DNA from: Candidatus Nanopelagicales bacterium
Lineage (GTDB): Bacteria; Actinomycetota; Actinomycetes; S36-B12; JBBRLC01
Length of the DNA stretch: 64,000 nucleotides
Direction: 5' to 3'
Assembly: GCA_038244765.1 (NCBI GenBank)
Contig: JBBRTC010000004.1
Location: forward strand, 6,760 to 70,759
A program made the position numbers and the translations under genes. Each line of letters begins with the position of its first letter. Positions within the stretch are counted from its first letter, which is position 1. Below, in pieces: positions 1 through 14,731 of this stretch. Below the pieces are notes generated by a model. The model did no database searches, was not told the DNA's origin, and worked only from the letters and a program-made list of their open reading frames with translations.

Positions 1-2183
<2,183 letters not shown>

Positions 2184-2202
2184 GGTGTATCAGCTCTCCG
2201 AC

Positions 2203-3837
2203 TCAGCCACGAACCTGGCGAGTGACAGTCGCTTGGTCGATGTGCTCGGCGTCCATCGCAGCAACGGGCTCCTCCTCGATCAGCAAATGACCTGCCGTCG
2301 TGGTGAAGCCCTTCTTGAAGTCCGTAATGGCTTTGGTCAGCAGGGTGACGGTGTCCTCGGATAGGTCCTTGGATTCACGAATGGTGTCGAAGATTCCCTT
2401 GTGATCGCGGCCAACGTGATCTAAGAAGCCACGTTCGAAGCGCCGAATGTCTTCGACCGGGACGTCGTCGAGCTGCCCGGTCGTACCCGCCCACACTGAC
2501 ACAACCTCTTGCTCCATCGGGAACGGCGAGTACTGCGGTTGCTTCAGCAACTCCACCAACCGTGCGCCTCGTCCCAGTTGTGCCTTCGACGCTGCGTCGA
2601 GGTCTGAGCCGAAGGCCGCGAAGGCTTCCAACTCACGGTATTGCGCGAGGTCCAACCGAAGACGTCCAGCGACCTTCTTCATCGCCTTTACCTGCGCCGA
2701 ACCACCGACGCGCGACACCGAGATCCCGACGTTGATGGCCGGGCGTACGCCGGAGTTGAAGAGGTCGGACTCCAGGAAGCACTGACCATCCGTGATCGAG
2801 ATGACGTTGGTGGGAATGTAGGCCGATACGTCATTGGCCTTCGTCTCGATGATTGGCAGACCGGTCATCGAACCGCCGCCCAACTCATCGGAAAGCTTCG
2901 CGCAACGCTCCAGCAGCCGCGAGTGCAGGTAGAAGACGTCGCCGGGGTAGGCCTCCCGACCCGGCGGGCGACGAAGCAACAGCGACACCGCGCGGTACGC
3001 CTCGGCTTGCTTGGACAGGTCATCGAAGACGATCAGGACGTGCTGGCCCTGGTACATCCAGTGCTGTCCGATGGCCGAGCCGGTGTACGGCGCTAGGTAC
3101 TTGAAGCCCGCCGGAGCATCCGCCGGAGCAGCAACGATGGTCGTGTACGCCATCGATCCCGCTTCTTCGAGCGCGGACTTCACCGCAACGATCGTCGAAC
3201 CCTTTTGTCCGATGGCGACGTAGACGCACTTGACTTGCTTCTTCGGATCGCCGGAATCCCAGTTTTGCTTCTGGTTGATGATCGTGTCGATCGCGACCGC
3301 CGTCTTCCCGGTCTGGCGATCGCCAATGATCAACTGTCGCTGGCCGCGCCCGATGGCGGTCATGGCGTCGATAGCCTTGATGCCCGTCTCCATCGGCTCC
3401 TTCACCGGCTGACGCTGCACCACCGACGGCGCCTGGATCTCGAGTGCACGACGCGACTCGGGCTCGATCGGACCCAGTCCGTCGATCGGGTCGCCCAGCG
3501 GATCAACCACACGACCCAGGAAGCCGTCGCCGACCGGGACCGACAAGATGTTGCCGGTACGGCGTACCGGCTGGCCCTCTTCGATCTTGTCGCCGTTGCC
3601 GAGCAGCACCACACCGATCTCGCGTACATCCAGGTTCAGCGCCAAGCCCAGCAGACCACCCTCGAACTCCAAGAGCTCGTTGGTCATCGCCGAGTGCAGA
3701 CCTTCAACGCGCGCAATGCCGTCGCCGGTCTCAATGACGCGCCCGACCTCTTCGCGAGTGGTTTCCGGCGAGTACGACGCGACGTTCCGCTCGATCGCAT
3801 CCCGGATTTCCTCGGGTCGGATCGTCAGCTCCGTCAT
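2203..3837 (-). CDS. atpA: F0F1 ATP synthase alpha subunit
   Basis: [29 protein letters not shown]. Confidence 0.98.
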   Translation of the reverse strand: MTELTIRPEEIRDAIERNVASYSPETTREEVGRVIETGDGIARVEGLHSAMTNELLEFEGGLLGLALNLDVREIGVVLLGNGDKIEEGQPVRRTGNILSVPVGDGFLGRVVDPLGDPIDGLGPIEPESRRALEIQAPSVVQRQPVKEPMETGIKAIDAMTAIGRGQRQLIIGDRQTGKTAVAIDTIINQKQNWDSGDPKKQVKCVYVAIGQKGSTIVAVKSALEEAGSMAYTTIVAAPADAPAGFKYLAPYTGSAIGQHWMYQGQHVLIVFDDLSKQAEAYRAVSLLLRRPPGREAYPGDVFYLHSRLLERCAKLSDELGGGSMTGLPIIETKANDVSAYIPTNVISITDGQCFLESDLFNSGVRPAINVGISVSRVGGSAQVKAMKKVAGRLRLDLAQYRELEAFAAFGSDLDAASKAQLGRGARLVELLKQPQYSPFPMEQEVVSVWAGTTGQLDDVPVEDIRRFERGFLDHVGRDHKGIFDTIRESKDLSEDTVTLLTKAITDFKKGFTTTAGHLLIEEEPVAAMDAEHIDQATVTRQVRG

Positions 3838-3933
3838 GGTGCCCTACTTCCTCTAGTTCTACCCAGGTCTAGTACCTGCAACGTCTCTCGTACTGCGATG
3901 TTGTCGATCCGTTCTGTCACCCTGAGCAAAGTG

Positions 3934-4742
3934 CTAGTTGAGCAACGTCCTACGAGCTTGTTCCAAGCGGTTGGCAACGGTGCCGTCGATGACCTCGCCG
4001 CCGATGCGCACACTGATACCACCCAACACATCGGGATCAATTGCGATGTTCAACCGAACTTGACGACCCTGCAACCGCGACAGCCCCTCCGCCAATCGAC
4101 GACGCTGATCGGCATCGAGACCGACGGCGCTTCGAACCTCGGCCACGACTCGCTCGCGTTGCGCGGCGGCGAGTTCGCTCAGAAGTGCGGCGGCGTCATC
4201 CACCCGACGGCCACGCAGGTGTCCGGCGAGATACTCCAGCAACAACTCGGTCGTCGGCGCGGCCCGCCCACCAAGCACATCACGGACGACGGCGGATTTG
4301 GTCGCCGCCGTGAGGGACGGATCGGTGATCGTCATCTGCAAGTCAGCGGACGCATCCGCTGCGCGACCGAAGCGGAAGATCTCCTCTTCAACGCGATCAA
4401 GCGTCCCGTCAGAGTCTGCGACCGTGAAGGCCGCTTGCGCACCCAGCCGCTCCAGGGCATCGACGACGTCGTCCGCGTGCGACCAACGCGCGCGGACGAC
4501 GTCAACGACAACGGCCAGCGACGTCTCACCGAGTCGTTCACCGAGCAGTTTCGACGCCAACGACTCCCGCGCTTGCGCGCTTTGGCCGGAGTCAGCCAAT
4601 GCCACCCGCAGAGACTTCTCGCGCGAGAGAAGGTCGGCAACGGCCAACAACTCCGGCGCGACCGAGGAGAAATCCGGCACATTCCGACGCGCATCGAGCG
4701 CATCGCTTTGGGCCAGAAGACTGCCTCGACTGGAGCCAAGCA

Positions 4743-4743
<1 letters not shown>
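3934..4743 (-). CDS. atpH: F0F1 ATP synthase delta subunit (long actinobacterial form)
   Basis: C-terminal IDPDVLGGISVRIGGEVIDGT; lies between atpF and atpA. Confidence 0.95.
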
Positions 4744-5527
<784 letters not shown>

Positions 5528-5617
5528 CTATCCGGCCGGCGGTTGGTCCGCCGGTCTGAGGTGGTGCAAATCCGAATGGGTCGCGCGTTGGTGCGATAGA
5601 TCAGTTGGTGCGAGAGA

Positions 5618-6457
5618 TCAGTGTTCGGCGTGCAGTGAACCGGAGATATAGACAGCCGTAAGCAGCGTGAAGATGAATGCCTGAAGACCCTGGATGAACA
5701 TCTCGAAGCCCGTCAGAGCGACGACCGTCGTGAACGATGCTGCCGATCCAAGGATTCCGATCACGCTCGGGCTCAAGAGATAGAAGGCGCCGACGCTAAA
5801 GGTCACGAGTAGCAAATGACCGGCAAACATGTTCGCGAAAAGTCGGATCGCCTGGGTGGCCGGTCGAATGATCACCAACCCCAGAAGTTCAATGGGCGCC
5901 AGGAGTACGTAGACAAAGGCGGGCAACCCCGGCGGGAACATCGCGTTGCGGAAGAAGCCCCACACGCCTTGGTGCTTCATACCCAAGTACATATAGACGA
6001 CGTAGACGATCAGGGCCAACCCGAGGGGGAACATGAACCGCGACATGACTGGGAACTGAGCGAAGGGCAGCGCACCCATAAAGTTCATGATCCAAACGAA
6101 GAAGAACAGCGACGTCAGAAAGGGGACGTACCGGTCGCCGTCCTTGCCAATGACATCGCGCGCAATCCCGTCGCGTACGAACAAGTAGCCAACTTCGCCG
6201 ACCAATTGCGTCTTACCGGGCACTAGCTTGGGGCGACGAAAGGCAACCAAGAAGAACGTCACGATGATGGCGCTGCCGATAAACATCAGCACGACAGCCT
6301 TGTTGATATGGAAGTCGAGACCCAACACGGAGAATGACACGTAGGGGTCGAAGAAGAAGATGTCGCCACTGGGCGCGGGGAATCCGCAGCCTTCCGGGAC
6401 GAGGTGGCACGAACCCTCGGAGGTCAATACACCGTTGGAGATGAGGTCAACGGCCAC
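5618..6457 (-). CDS. atpB: F0F1 ATP synthase subunit a
   Basis: AIRLFANMFAGH, LQAFIFTLL; GTG start at 6457 after a GGAGAG RBS. Confidence 0.95.
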   Translation of the reverse strand: MAVDLISNGVLTSEGSCHLVPEGCGFPAPSGDIFFFDPYVSFSVLGLDFHINKAVVLMFIGSAIIVTFFLVAFRRPKLVPGKTQLVGEVGYLFVRDGIARDVIGKDGDRYVPFLTSLFFFVWIMNFMGALPFAQFPVMSRFMFPLGLALIVYVVYMYLGMKHQGVWGFFRNAMFPPGLPAFVYVLLAPIELLGLVIIRPATQAIRLFANMFAGHLLLVTFSVGAFYLLSPSVIGILGSAASFTTVVALTGFEMFIQGLQAFIFTLLTAVYISGSLHAEH

Positions 6458-6559
6458 GACGACTCTCCCCACGAGTTAGGAGCCCACGTGCGGATACGTC
6501 GAGTACATCGGTGCGCGTACGCATCGGTGTGACAACCTCCGGGCGGCGCTTCGATCGCG

Positions 6560-6865
6560 TCACGATCGGTCCCGCTGCTGCGTCGGCGGCTCAGAGCCCA
6601 AGGCCCCAAGCCGAGCGAAGACGGAATACAACGCGAGGGCGATCCCGATCAGGATGCCTCCGGCGACGAAGGGGGCTTCATTGCCGAGCCAATGGCCGAC
6701 CAGCCAACCCAACCCACCGTAGATCAACATCCCGGCAATCAGACTGGACATGGCTGACCAAGCAGCATCAGCGGTTCCCCGGTCGTCAGACCGAGACGGC
6801 GCCCCTTTCGACGCGCCGGAACCGTACCATCGCGAGCCTCGTTGCCTGGTCCAGGGGTCGCTCAC
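6560..6865 (-). CDS. AtpZ/AtpI-family small membrane protein
   Basis: AWSAMSSLIAGMLIYGGLGWLV, 2 TM helices, directly upstream of atpB. Confidence 0.75.
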   Translation of the reverse strand: MSDPWTRQRGSRWYGSGASKGAPSRSDDRGTADAAWSAMSSLIAGMLIYGGLGWLVGHWLGNEAPFVAGGILIGIALALYSVFARLGALGSEPPTQQRDRS

Positions 6866-7293
6866 GATTGGTGTTCCGCGGGCTCGTGTCCGGGACCACT
6901 TCCCGGCTCTACATAGAGGACCTTTTGGCGAGAAAACACGACAACTTCGGCCGTTGTCCAGACCAGCGTGCAGGTCAGCACTGATAGTGCAAAAACCTTG
7001 GTATTAAAGGCATCTGTGCCCTGGAAGAGGATGATGAAGGCAAAAAGTACACCGATCTTCACCAAATACAGCGACAAGGCGACCGTGGTGGCCATATCGG
7101 GGTTGTGCCGCAAGATGTAGCTCAGCACGGCTTGGCCAATGGTGAAGAAGATCACCACGATGAGGGCCCCGATGATGGCGCCGAGAGCCCCCTTGGATCC
7201 CGCGAAGATCGCGCCGAGCACCGTGACCAGCAACCCGGCGAGGATCGTCGGGATGGCCGCACCCTTGAGGATCGCGACATCGGCACTATGCAT
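6862..7293 (-). CDS. ATP synthase protein I-like 4-TM membrane protein
   Basis: Four hydrophobic helices, YLVKI motif, stop overlaps the next start (GTGA); ATG at 7293 after GAGG. Confidence 0.75.
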   Translation of the reverse strand: MHSADVAILKGAAIPTILAGLLVTVLGAIFAGSKGALGAIIGALIVVIFFTIGQAVLSYILRHNPDMATTVALSLYLVKIGVLFAFIILFQGTDAFNTKVFALSVLTCTLVWTTAEVVVFSRQKVLYVEPGSGPGHEPAEHQS

Positions 7294-7382
7294 GGACAGC
7301 CTCAACATCAGGGAAAACCGCGTCGGGATCACTCACCGAGCGAACTGTCGCTCGGGCGCGACGGCGGGCGTCAGGTTACCAG

Positions 7383-8486
7383 TCAGACCGGCGTGGCCCG
7401 CCGCGCTGCCATCACCCTCGGCCAGCGCACCGCGAGGACCAGAAGCCCGAATCCGGCCGCAAATATCGCGGCGGCGACCGCGACGGGGAAGAACGCAAGG
7501 GCCAGCACGGCGCCAGCGACCAGCGCGGTCCAGCCGTACATCAAGAAGACCGCGCGACGCTGCGAGTGGCCCATCTCGAGGAGCCGATGGTGCAAATGCT
7601 GCTTGTCGGGAGAAAAGGGCGATCGGCGCGCCCTGGTGCGCCGAACGATGGCCAGCATCAGGTCGACCAACGGCACCGCCACGACTGCGAGCGGAATGAG
7701 CAACGGAAGCAGCGTGGGCAGGAAGGTGGTGCCGTCAAGCGCACTTGGGTCGACCTGTCCGGTCAAGGTGATGGTCGAGGTTGCGAGCAGCAGCCCGATC
7801 AGCATCGAGCCAGTGTCCCCCATGAAGATCCGCGCGGGGTTCACGTTGTGGGGCAAGAAGCCGGCGCACATGCCGGCCAGCGCGGCGGCGACCAATGTCG
7901 AGAGGGTGGCTCGGCTAAAGCCGTACTCGACCGATAGCAGGTACGAGTAGGCGAACAGGGCGACCGCTCCGATGCCGACGATGCCGGGGGCGAGTCCGTC
8001 GAGTCCGTCGACGAAGTTGACCGCATTGACGGTGACGACCACGACGAGGACGGTCAGCAGGACGCTGGTCAATGGGTCGAGCACGAGAGTTCCACTTATC
8101 GGCAACCAGATGATCTGGACACCTTGAAATGCCATCACCGCCGCGGCGAGGGCCTGGCCGGCGAATTTGGTCGGCGCGTCCAGACCCCATCGGTCATCGG
8201 CCATGCCGAGCAACACGATCAATCCCGATGCGGTGAGCACGGCGAGTGCTTGGCGGTTGCCGACGAACACTTCACTAATCCGCGGCAGGCGTGAGGCAAG
8301 GAGAAAGGCTGCTGCAAGTCCGGCGAACATGGCCATGCCACCGAGTCGCGGTGTCGGTGTGTCGTGGACGTCTCGGTCGCGTACCTCAGCGAGGGCACCC
8401 CACTTGATCGCGAACGCGCGCGCGAGTGGAGTGGTCAGGTAGGTCACCGCCGCGGCGGCAACCATGCACAGGAGGTATTCGCGCAT
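7383..8486 (-). CDS. wecA: MraY/WecA-family polyprenyl-phosphate GlcNAc-1-phosphate transferase
   Basis: TPRLGG, DD pair, NAVNFVDGLDGL, IFMGDTGS, DKQHLHH. Confidence 0.9.
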   Translation of the reverse strand: MREYLLCMVAAAAVTYLTTPLARAFAIKWGALAEVRDRDVHDTPTPRLGGMAMFAGLAAAFLLASRLPRISEVFVGNRQALAVLTASGLIVLLGMADDRWGLDAPTKFAGQALAAAVMAFQGVQIIWLPISGTLVLDPLTSVLLTVLVVVVTVNAVNFVDGLDGLAPGIVGIGAVALFAYSYLLSVEYGFSRATLSTLVAAALAGMCAGFLPHNVNPARIFMGDTGSMLIGLLLATSTITLTGQVDPSALDGTTFLPTLLPLLIPLAVVAVPLVDLMLAIVRRTRARRSPFSPDKQHLHHRLLEMGHSQRRAVFLMYGWTALVAGAVLALAFFPVAVAAAIFAAGFGLLVLAVRWPRVMAARRATPV

Positions 8487-8489
8487 CCG

Positions 8490-9761
8490 TTAGTCGCGCG
8501 GGTACGCCGGATGACGCGCCACGAGTTCGGCGACCTCGGCAGCAACGCTGGCTGTCGCCGATCCGTCCATGTCGCGAATCGCGCGCCCGATCAGCGAGGC
8601 GATCTCCTTCATGTCCGACTCGAGCATGCCAGCGGTAGTGACTGCCGGCGTACCGACGCGGATGCCCGACGCGATCGACGGTGGTTGCGGGTCATTCGGG
8701 ATCGCGTTCTTGTTCAACACGATGTGTGCGGCGTCGGCGCGTGCTTCCGCATCGGCCCCGGAGACACCGAGACCCTGCAAATCAAGAAGCGCGAGGTGTG
8801 TGTCGGTGCCACCCGACACCGCTCGCATCCCCTCTGCTACAAGGCCTTCAGTCAATGCCTTGGCGTTGGTGATGACCTGCGTTGCGTATTGCTGGTACGC
8901 CGGAGTAGACGCTTCCTTGAGTGCGACTGCCTTTGCAGCGACGGCGTGCATGAGTGGCCCGCCCTGCATCATCGGGAAGACGGCCTTGTCCAAGGCGGAT
9001 GCGTGCTCGGCTTTGCATACGAGCATGCCGCCGCGAGGACCGCGCAAGACTTTGTGCGTGGTAAAGGTTACGACATCGGCGTACGGGACGGGGCTGGGGA
9101 TGGCCTTGCCGGCGACAAGTCCGATGAAGTGCGCGGCGTCGACCATGAAGATTGCGCCGACCTCGTCGCAGATGTCACGGAACACTTTGAAGTCGATGAG
9201 TCGCGGTATTGCTGAGCCGCCGCAGATGATCATCTTTGGGTGATGCTCGCGGGCCAGGTCACGCACTTGGTCGTAGTCGATGTCTTCGGTCGTCGCGTTG
9301 ACGCCGTAGTGGACGGCGTCGAACCACTTGCCGGAGAATGACACCTTCGTGCCGTGAGTGAGGTGACCGCCGTGGGGCAGGCTCATCGCGAGGATCTTTT
9401 CGCCCGGCTTCACGAATGCGCCGTACGCCGCGAGGTTGGCGCTCGCCCCGGAGTGCGGCTGCAAATTGGCGTGATCAGCCTCGAATAGCGCCTTCGCGCG
9501 TTCGATGCCGATGGTCTCGGCCTTGTCCACTTCAGCGCATCCGCCGTAGTAGCGCCGACCCGGGTAGCCCTCGGCGTACTTGTTGCTCAGCGTCGATCCG
9601 AGTGCGGCCAGCACAGCTGGAGAGGTGAAGTTTTCACTCGCGATGAGTTGCAAGCCGCCCCGGAGCCGATCGAGCTCGGCGAGGACGACACCCGCAATCT
9701 CGGGGTCTTCGGCTTGCAGGGCATCAAAGTCGGGCCCCCAGAAAGGGGTGTCTGCGCTCAT
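8490..9761 (-). CDS. glyA: Serine hydroxymethyltransferase
   Basis: LIASEN, KYAEGYPGRRYYGG, TTHKVLRGPRGG. Confidence 0.97.
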   Translation of the reverse strand: MSADTPFWGPDFDALQAEDPEIAGVVLAELDRLRGGLQLIASENFTSPAVLAALGSTLSNKYAEGYPGRRYYGGCAEVDKAETIGIERAKALFEADHANLQPHSGASANLAAYGAFVKPGEKILAMSLPHGGHLTHGTKVSFSGKWFDAVHYGVNATTEDIDYDQVRDLAREHHPKMIICGGSAIPRLIDFKVFRDICDEVGAIFMVDAAHFIGLVAGKAIPSPVPYADVVTFTTHKVLRGPRGGMLVCKAEHASALDKAVFPMMQGGPLMHAVAAKAVALKEASTPAYQQYATQVITNAKALTEGLVAEGMRAVSGGTDTHLALLDLQGLGVSGADAEARADAAHIVLNKNAIPNDPQPPSIASGIRVGTPAVTTAGMLESDMKEIASLIGRAIRDMDGSATASVAAEVAELVARHPAYPRD

Positions 9762-9839
9762 GGTTCGCGAGTCTAGACCGCGCGTCATTGGATCTCGGGC
9801 GGTCCTTGGACTTTCGGGCCGGATGACTAGGTTGGAAAC

Positions 9840-10109
9840 ATGTGTCGAAACATCACTGCGTTGCGCGGGCTCGAGCCTGCAGCCACTGCCGAGGAAATCG
9901 AAGCTGCTGCTCGTCAGTTTGTTCGCAAAGTCTCCGGCGTACAGAAGCCTACGGATCTAACCCGAGACGCATTTGAGCGTGCGATTGTTGAGATAGCTTC
10001 GACGACGACCGCGTTGCTGACTACGTTGCCGCCCCGCAAACAACCACCCACCACCGTTCCGCCGCTACGCCGACCGGAGGTCATCGCGCGGCTCGCGGAG
10101 AAGACTTGA
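9840..10109 (+). CDS. DUF2277-family small protein
   Basis: MCRNITALRGLEPAAT...AAARQFVRKVSG. Confidence 0.85.
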   Translation: MCRNITALRGLEPAATAEEIEAAARQFVRKVSGVQKPTDLTRDAFERAIVEIASTTTALLTTLPPRKQPPTTVPPLRRPEVIARLAEKT

Positions 10110-10217
10110 TCGTGTGTCGCAAAAGTGCCATTTCTCATGCGGTCATCAAACCGTGGCGCGTAGGGTCGCAGCGCCCGCGTGGCCGATCGAGGCCGCGCAC
10201 CACATGCGGGAGCAACC

Positions 10218-10535
10218 ATGACGAACTACCTCTTGGCGTACACCGGCGACGCCACAACCCCCGACTCTGAAGAAGCAGGTCAGGCAGTGATGGCCGCGTG
10301 GGGCGCGTGGTTCACCGAACTTGGTCCGGCCGTCGTCGATCCTGGCAACCCGACCGACGCCTCACGAACCGTCGGGTCAGATGGCAGCGCAACCGACGGA
10401 AGCAGCAGCGGAATCTCGGGTTATTCCGTGGTCTCCGCCGACAGCATCGACGCGGCCAGCGAGATGGCCAAGCGCTGCCCGCACCTCGCTGCGGGCGGAA
10501 TCGTTGAGGTGCACCAAATCTTTAACGTGATGTAG
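10218..10535 (+). CDS. YciI/YCII-family protein
   Basis: MAAWGAWF, VVDPGNP, GYSVVSADS, CPH; ATG after GGGAG. Confidence 0.8.
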   Translation: MTNYLLAYTGDATTPDSEEAGQAVMAAWGAWFTELGPAVVDPGNPTDASRTVGSDGSATDGSSSGISGYSVVSADSIDAASEMAKRCPHLAAGGIVEVHQIFNVM

Positions 10536-10554
10536 TCGACGTACCACTGCCCTC

Positions 10555-10619
10555 AATCCTGGGCCAACGGTTGCTTGCGTGTTTGAACAGGGCTCGGAAG
10601 CAACCGTTGGAACAGGATT
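10555..10619. terminator. Long inverted repeat between convergent genes, likely a bidirectional terminator
   Basis: AATCCTG..CCAACGGTTGCTT pairs with AAGCAACCGTTGG..CAGGATT. Confidence 0.7.
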
Positions 10620-11265
10620 AGCGCGCGGGTTCGAGGGCCGGTACGACCGTGCGAAGTAAGTCAAGGCTGATCGCGCCCTCACGCAACACAAGCGGAACTT
10701 CACCGGTCACGTCGACGATCGTCGACGGAACGGCATCGCCGGACGTACCACCGTCGAGGTACACGGCCACGTCATCACCAAGTTGATCCATTGCCTCGTC
10801 GACGTTCGCGGCAGCGAGTAGTCCGCTGCGATTGGCGCTCGACACCGCCATCGGGCCGGTCTCGCGCAGCAACTCAAGCGCGACCGGATGCAGCGGCATG
10901 CGGATCGCGACCGTCCCGGCCGCGTCGCCGAGGTCCCACGTGAGTGAGGGTTGCGCGCGTACAACCACGGTTAGCGCGCCGGGCCAAAACGCCTGCACGA
11001 GATCGCGCGCGGCGCTGCTCAGTTCGTACGCCAACCCGTCGATGGTCCTTGTCGATCCGACCAACACCGGCACCGGCATGTCTCGGCCCCGACTCTTCGC
11101 GGCCAACAACGCGGCAACTCCGGACACCGAAAATGCATCGCAACCGAGGCCATAGACGGTGTCGGTGGGCAACACGACTAATGCTCCGCGGCGGACAGCT
11201 GATGCCGCCGCTTCCAACCCGAGGGCGCGTTCGAGGGGTTCCGCGCAATCGAAGGTCAAACTCAC
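10618..11265 (-). CDS. tsaC: L-threonylcarbamoyladenylate synthase (Sua5/YrdC)
   Basis: PTDTVYGLG, FWPGALT, SSANRSG, PSTIVD; start uncertain (11265 or 11283). Confidence 0.93.
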   Translation of the reverse strand: MSLTFDCAEPLERALGLEAAASAVRRGALVVLPTDTVYGLGCDAFSVSGVAALLAAKSRGRDMPVPVLVGSTRTIDGLAYELSSAARDLVQAFWPGALTVVVRAQPSLTWDLGDAAGTVAIRMPLHPVALELLRETGPMAVSSANRSGLLAAANVDEAMDQLGDDVAVYLDGGTSGDAVPSTIVDVTGEVPLVLREGAISLDLLRTVVPALEPAR

Positions 11266-11343
11266 GAGGTCATCAAACCGCAACGACGAAAGGGGTTCCC
11301 TAGTCGGTCGCTCACTCGGTCGCCGGGGAGGACCGCGACAAGG

Positions 11344-12321
11344 TCAGAACTTGATCGCGACGCAGTAACGCGAGCGGCCGGTCAGATCGGGGTGATCGGA
11401 CACCTTCGACCACTCCCGTTGGCCGTCCGGGCGGGCCTGTTCGCGCAGGAGGTAGGGCACGCCAAGTTCGCCATCGGATTCACCTTGAAGATCCCCGTGT
11501 TCAACCACGAAGACGCCCCCGGGAACCAACAGGGCTGCGGCGGCAAGGGCGACCCCGCGTACGACATCAAGTCCGTCGCTCCCGCCGTACAGGGCACGGG
11601 CGGGATCGTGTTCGCGGACCTCTTTATCGCGAGGTACGGCCCAATCGGGAATGTAGGGCGGGTTGCACACGACGACGTCGACGGATCGCACGAGATGGCG
11701 CAGCGAGCCGCTGTCACGTGCACTTACGGTCGCGTCGGCATGCACCAACGTCATCGTAGAACCGGCTTCACGTACTCGATCGGCGCACGCGTCGATGTTA
11801 CGTTGCGTCCACACCACAGCTGCGTCGTCGGCTTCGACGGCGTACATCTCGGTGTCGCCGGCCTCAATCGCCAACGACAGCGCGAGCGAACCGGACCCGC
11901 TGCACAAGTCGACGGCGATGCGGCGACGACGTTCGGTGATCGGCACCTTACGCAAGGCCCGAATTGCCGCCTCGGCAACTAATTCAGACTCGGGCCGCGG
12001 AATGAACACACCCGGGCCGACGAGTACGTCGATGCGACGAAAGCCTGTCCTGCCAATCAGGTGTTGCAACGGGATGCGCGACAGCCGACGTGAAAGCAGT
12101 GCTTCAAACGGCACCCGTTGCGCACTGGGTAGGGGCTCGGACATTACCAACCGAGAACGAGGAACGCCGAGCACGAAGGCCATGAGCTCGCCGGCGTCGT
12201 ACGCCGGGCTCGCGACTCCGGCAGAGGTAAGACGCGCCTCGGCATCAGCGAGGACCGAACGCATCGTGGTGAATCCGCCTCGAGTCGGTTCGCGAAACCA
12301 CGTCCCCCCGTTGTCGCTCAT
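11344..12321 (-). CDS. prmC: Release factor glutamine methyltransferase
   Basis: [20 protein letters not shown]; coupled to prfA. Confidence 0.93.
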   Translation of the reverse strand: MSDNGGTWFREPTRGGFTTMRSVLADAEARLTSAGVASPAYDAGELMAFVLGVPRSRLVMSEPLPSAQRVPFEALLSRRLSRIPLQHLIGRTGFRRIDVLVGPGVFIPRPESELVAEAAIRALRKVPITERRRRIAVDLCSGSGSLALSLAIEAGDTEMYAVEADDAAVVWTQRNIDACADRVREAGSTMTLVHADATVSARDSGSLRHLVRSVDVVVCNPPYIPDWAVPRDKEVREHDPARALYGGSDGLDVVRGVALAAAALLVPGGVFVVEHGDLQGESDGELGVPYLLREQARPDGQREWSKVSDHPDLTGRSRYCVAIKF

Positions 12322-13403
12322 CGCGCGCGCTCTCCCGTCGAATTGGCCAGCGCCTCGGTGCGGTCGGCATCGATGCACGCTTGCACGATGGGATCGATGT
12401 CACCGTCGAGCACCTGATCGAGATTGTGTGACTTGTAGCCCACGCGGTGATCGGCAATGCGGTTCTCCGGGTAGTTGTACGTCCGGATCCGCTCGCTTCG
12501 GTCCACCGTGCGTACTTGCGATCGCCTCGCATCCGAAGCTTCCTTCGCGCTTTCTTCCTCGGCCAAGGCGAGCAAGCGAGCTCGCAGGATTCGCATTGCT
12601 TGTTCTTTGTTTTGCAGTTGCGACTTTTCGTTTTGACAACTCACGACGACACCCGTGGGGAGATGGGTAATCCGCACGGCAGAGTCGGTGGTGTTGACGC
12701 TTTGCCCACCAGGGCCAGACGAACGAAAGACGTCGATGCGCAGATCATTGGGATCGACGCTCACATCGATCTCCTCGGCTTCGGGGAACACTAAAACTCC
12801 GGCTGCCGAGGTATGGATGCGCCCCTGCGACTCGGTCACTGGCACTCGCTGAACGCGGTGCACACCGCCTTCGAACTTCAAACGGGCGTACGGCGCATCG
12901 TCGGGATCGATCACGCCGCGCGCCTTGATCGCAACTGAGACGTCCTTGTAACCGCCCAGGTCGGACTCTTCAGCCCCGAGCACCTCGGTCGACCAGCCGC
13001 GTCGTTCGGCGTACCGCAAATACATGCGCAGCAAATCGCCGGCGAACAATGCCGATTCGTCGCCGCCTTCACCTGCCTTGACTTCCAAGATGACGTCTTT
13101 GGAGTCCAGCGGATCGCGCGGGATGAGCAGCGCGGTCAACTTCTCCGCGGCGGCTTCGCGATCGGTCGCGAGTTGTACGGCCTCCGCCGCCATGCCCTCA
13201 TCAAGCGCGGCCAACTCCAGGGCAGCTTCTTCGTCCTCGCCGATTTGTTTCCACAGCCGGTACGTGGCAACGACGGCACGCAGTTCGGCGTACCGACGGC
13301 CGAGCCGGCGGGCTAAGTCGGGATCGGTGTGTACGGCCGGATCGGCGAGTTGGTGTTCCAGCGCGTCGTACTCATCGATGAGTGGAAGGCAGGCCTCGAA
13401 CAT
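12318..13403 (-). CDS. prfA: Peptide chain release factor 1
   Basis: GGQ motif, PVT tripeptide, GVHRVQRVP. Confidence 0.98.
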   Translation of the reverse strand: MFEACLPLIDEYDALEHQLADPAVHTDPDLARRLGRRYAELRAVVATYRLWKQIGEDEEAALELAALDEGMAAEAVQLATDREAAAEKLTALLIPRDPLDSKDVILEVKAGEGGDESALFAGDLLRMYLRYAERRGWSTEVLGAEESDLGGYKDVSVAIKARGVIDPDDAPYARLKFEGGVHRVQRVPVTESQGRIHTSAAGVLVFPEAEEIDVSVDPNDLRIDVFRSSGPGGQSVNTTDSAVRITHLPTGVVVSCQNEKSQLQNKEQAMRILRARLLALAEEESAKEASDARRSQVRTVDRSERIRTYNYPENRIADHRVGYKSHNLDQVLDGDIDPIVQACIDADRTEALANSTGERAR

Positions 13404-13586
13404 GGTCGGCCCCTCCCTTCGCGGTCAGACGGTCGTGCGGTTCGTGCGGGTGCCGGCGTTGGGTTCGAGCGTTCCTACGGTTCGGCGGTGGTCCGGGTTC
13501 TGCCGTCGTGCGGCGGTCGTGATGCAGGGATGGCAACGGGCGCCGGGCCGTCACCGAAGCGACGAGCCGACGCCCGTGGGGCAAAG

Positions 13587-13814
13587 CTATTCGGAGTCTT
13601 CGGTGGCCTTTGTCTTGCCGAAGCGCTTTTCGAACTTGGCAACGCGACCGCCGGTGTCGAGGATCTTCTGCTTGCCCGTGTAGAACGGGTGACATTGGGA
13701 GCAGACGTCCGCGTGAACGACGCCGTTCTTCGCGGTGCTGCGCGTAGTGAACGTAGAGCCACAGGTACAGGTCACCGTGGTTTCGACGTACTCAGGATGA
13801 ATGCCTTGTTTCAC
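13587..13814 (-). CDS. rpmE: 50S ribosomal protein L31 (Zn-binding type)
   Basis: [23 protein letters not shown]. Confidence 0.97.
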   Translation of the reverse strand: MKQGIHPEYVETTVTCTCGSTFTTRSTAKNGVVHADVCSQCHPFYTGKQKILDTGGRVAKFEKRFGKTKATEDSE

Positions 13815-13985
13815 AAGTACTCCTCACGAAAGCCCCGGGTCGCGGCCCGCCGGATGGCAGGCACAGATGCGTGAACCGGAAACCGGGGCAAAGTATGCCC
13901 GCCCACCCGCCGTACGCCCAATCCCTACCCCGGACAAACCCCGTCCCCGCGTCTACCCCCCTCGGAAGACAGTGGGGGGCGGTGG

Positions 13986-14011
13986 CTCAAGGTGGGACAA
14001 AGCGGGCCGAT
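13986..14011 (+). promoter_or_regulatory. Putative sigma-28 (FliA/WhiG-type) promoter
   Basis: CTCA-N16-GCCGAT, 64 nt upstream of the ATG at 14076. Confidence 0.6.
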
Positions 14012-14075
14012 TCATTGGTGACAGGGAGAGGGATCCGTACGAAACGCCGTATGGACATGATGCGAAGAGGACCCG

Positions 14076-14645
14076 ATGAACCGACCCACCATGCGCCAGC
14101 GCCGGATGATCAAGGCTGCCGCCGTACCCGCCGCGCTGTTGGCCAGCGCCCTTGTCGTCTGGCAGGGCTCGTACGCCGCATTCAGCGCCACCACCAATGA
14201 CGCCGCCAATAACTGGGCCACCGGCAACGTTTCGTTGACCGATGACGACGGCGGCAGCGCGATGTTCAACGCCGTGGGCTTGCGTCCCGGCAGCACCGGT
14301 ACCAAGTGCATCAAGGTGACAAGCAACTCCTCGCTCTTCGGCCCGGTCAAGCTCTACACGACCTCAGCCTCGACGAACAGCCTCGCCAACTACATCGACG
14401 TCACAGTCGCCGAAGGTACGCCGGGTGACTTCACCTCGTGCGGCGCATTCGTCGGTTCGTCGATCTACAGCGGAACGCTCACGGCGATGCCGTCGACGTA
14501 CGGCACCGGCGCCGGCACCTGGACGCCGTCGACCAACCCAGAGAGCAAGACCTACAAGTTCACCTACACAGTGAATGCCGCAGCGCCGAGCTCAGTGATG
14601 AACTCGACCGCGTCGGCGACATTCACGTGGGAGATCCAAGCCTGA
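14076..14645 (+). CDS. Secreted TasA/camelysin-like protein with a SipW-cognate signal peptide
   Basis: Basic N-region, hydrophobic core, SYA-AFSATTNDAANNWATG; LRPG; Cys pair; C-terminal FTWE strand; adjacent to a SipW-type peptidase. Confidence 0.75.
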   Translation: MNRPTMRQRRMIKAAAVPAALLASALVVWQGSYAAFSATTNDAANNWATGNVSLTDDDGGSAMFNAVGLRPGSTGTKCIKVTSNSSLFGPVKLYTTSASTNSLANYIDVTVAEGTPGDFTSCGAFVGSSIYSGTLTAMPSTYGTGAGTWTPSTNPESKTYKFTYTVNAAAPSSVMNSTASATFTWEIQA

Positions 14646-14731
14646 CGTAGCGGTCAGCGGACTCGACCAGCGCAGTTCCATCGCGCACCCCCTCGGTCGC
14701 ACTCGCCCCCTATGTCGTGGAGGACGCCGCC

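Noticed and set aside
13404-13586. A-poor repetitive spacer between rpmE and prfA
   Set aside because: Explained by a terminator-like hairpin plus low-complexity sequence; no regular repeat unit
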